DNA of 64,000 bases, taken from the NCBI GenBank assembly GCA_950097015.1, contig CATNEN010000003.1:15810001-15874000 (forward strand), in the 5' to 3' direction. The notes under the pieces were generated by a model. The model saw nothing but the letters and a program-made list of their open reading frames with translations. It was not told the DNA's origin and ran no database searches. Shown piece after piece: positions 62,301 to 64,000 of this stretch. The first letter of the stretch is position 1. Every line of letters begins with the position of its first letter. The translations under genes were made by a program, and so were the position numbers. The DNA comes from Macrostomum hystrix. Taxonomy: Eukaryota > Animalia > Platyhelminthes.

Positions 62301-64000
62301 TCAGGCAAAATGATATATAACTTAGAGTAATAAAACTAGTTCCTACTAGTTTTATAAAATGATTCGCATCTCTAAGAGACGAAGTTTATGGATAAGTTGT
62401 AGAGCGGTCTTGCGTATTTGCCCCAAGCACCAAGGTCCCTGTGCTCAAATCTCGGGGTGAGACCACATTAATTTGGGCGTAAAAGTTACGCCCAACAATC
62501 AAAAAGTCAGGGCAGCTGTACACTCAGCCATGCTGAGCAATAGAGTCTGCTTTACATATTAGCTAATTAGATTGGGTCTAATTTCTAAATGTCAAGTATT
62601 GAGGCTTCCAGTTCTTGAATAAATTCTTAATGCACAAAGTTAAAAAATTGATTTCCAATATTAGGTGCCTATCAGAGGACCAAGCCCGTCACTCTTGGTC
62701 CTCCACTTCAACATCGGATTCAGACATCGATTCCTACTGCGCAGACGAAGCGCTGCGCTACTGGCTAGCATCTCAGGAGGACAGTCAGATTTGTGATGAA
62801 TTCAGTTCCACCTGGCATCAGCGTCAGCAAGTGCGCAGCCAGCAGCCATTCCTATTTATTCTATTAGCGTTAGACTATGCTCCAACTGAATGGACTAGAG
62901 CGTGCCTGCGTCGAGCTGACACAGTTTTAGTCCTGTGCGAACATTCCAACAGTGCGCAACCTGGATTAGCCGAGTTGCATTGCTCTTCTAGTTCAACTAG
63001 TCAACAAAGACTTGTACATAGAAAACGTCGCATAGAATTGGTATTGCTGCATCCGTCTAAGCGCAGAGTAGTGCCAGCTGGTAGTACACTGCCTCATCTG
63101 CTGGCTAGACCTTGGCTAGCCACCCACTGGCATCTCAGACTACCTGCTTGGCTAAGAAGAAGAAAAATTGTCAATGGACGCCTAAAGGTTAGTAGGATAT
63201 GCTGTCGTCGGAAAGCTCTGAATGTTTGTTTATCGAAAAGGGTGGAAAACTTAGATCCATATGGCGGACTTTTATGAAAATTGGTCATTCGGTTTTGGAG
63301 CTATTCTAAAGTAGACAATAGGTATTTGAAATAGACTAAACCGTCCTTACCCAGGTAGGTAATATCGTGCTATTTCTACTGTCAAGTGATCCAATTCCCA
63401 GATCCTCTTAATCAATGCTGTCTGTCTGTCTGTCCTTAAAACTTCCTTGAAAATGTCTCGATTAGAGCCTTGGACTACAGACTAACATTTTGGCAGTTCG
63501 AATCCCAGCTGAAGGGATGCGGTTTTTCAACATATTATTAAGAAAGGGTGTCATCAATCAGCTGAGTTAGAACTCGAGTCCACGATCTTAACAACCGTAT
63601 TTTAGCAAAATTAGTTGAAACAAATATATCCTTACGCAAAATTTGCGCCAGTTTCTTCACACGCAAAATCCTGCGCGAATTCCCTCGCAGACCCACCTGA
63701 CGCCGCCACCCGACATGCGCCGTCTAGCTCGCCATCTGTCCTCAGCCAGTCTGGGCGTAGCTCTTGGCGGCGGCGGGGCTCGCGGAGCAGCCCACCCGGC
63801 TGTGCTGCGGCTGCTAGCTAATCGGGGTGTTGCTGTTGATGCTGCCTCGGGCACCAGCATTGGTGCCTTGGTTGGTGCATTGTGGGCCCTGGACACCTGT
63901 CCGGAATCGGTGCTGCACACTGTTAAACGATTATTCTTTGAAGCTAGTAGAAAGGCTAACCAAGCCTACGATATGACACTGCCATTGGTGTCGTTCTTTC
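59349..64000 (+). CDS. Neuropathy target esterase / PNPLA6-7 / swiss cheese-like patatin phospholipase, partial; exons 59349-60460, 61355-62161, 62665-63187, 63691->64000
   Basis: N-terminal hydrophobic anchor (WLPFCLACLALALG), degenerate cNMP-binding segments (CYYVLSGRL...AIRDSELLRF), TEWTRACLRRADTVLVL and RIELVLLH. The patatin domain follows: DMRRLARHL...LGVALGGGGARGAAH...GTSIGALVGALWA. Splice phases are consistent; the start-codon exon was not identified. Confidence 0.88.
60772..61230. mobile_element. ~460-bp MITE in an NTE intron
   Basis: Imperfect TIRs agaccacggggtatttcaactaccca / tgggtatttgcaatacccctgtagtct plus internal inverted motifs; a related fragment lies at 4048. Confidence 0.7.
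62399..62480 (+). mobile_element. Degenerate family 2 SINE head
   Basis: agagcggt...gcaccaaggtccctg...gagaccacattaatttgggcg. Confidence 0.6.

Overview
Eukaryotic (metazoan) genomic DNA with spliceosomal GT-AG introns and many minisatellites. Style and content suggest a free-living flatworm such as Macrostomum, but that is inference only. In order, the window holds: (1) a truncated/frameshifted class A GPCR (-); (2) a complete, compact 14-exon CEP290 gene (-, 3421-12623, about 2326 aa by my exon reconstruction); (3) a minisatellite-carrying hAT-type element; (4) a defective Tc1 element; (5) an intronless secreted-protein gene with one in-frame TGA; (6) an orphan Pro-rich/coiled-coil ORF; (7) a stomatin/MEC-2-like gene (+) spread over up to ~32 kb of repeat-filled introns; (8) a cluster of nested MITEs; (9) the 5' part of a diverged NTE/PNPLA6-7 (swiss cheese)-like patatin phospholipase running off the right edge. 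The strongest unexpected signal is in the stomatin gene. It has two tandemly duplicated 56-nt SPFH-domain exons (49009-49064 and 51459-51514) that differ almost only at synonymous sites and cannot both be included without a frameshift, so they are candidate mutually exclusive exons. It also has three phase-compatible candidate alternative N-terminal exons. Most long ORFs in the supplied track between 23 and 51 kb are tandem-repeat artefacts.
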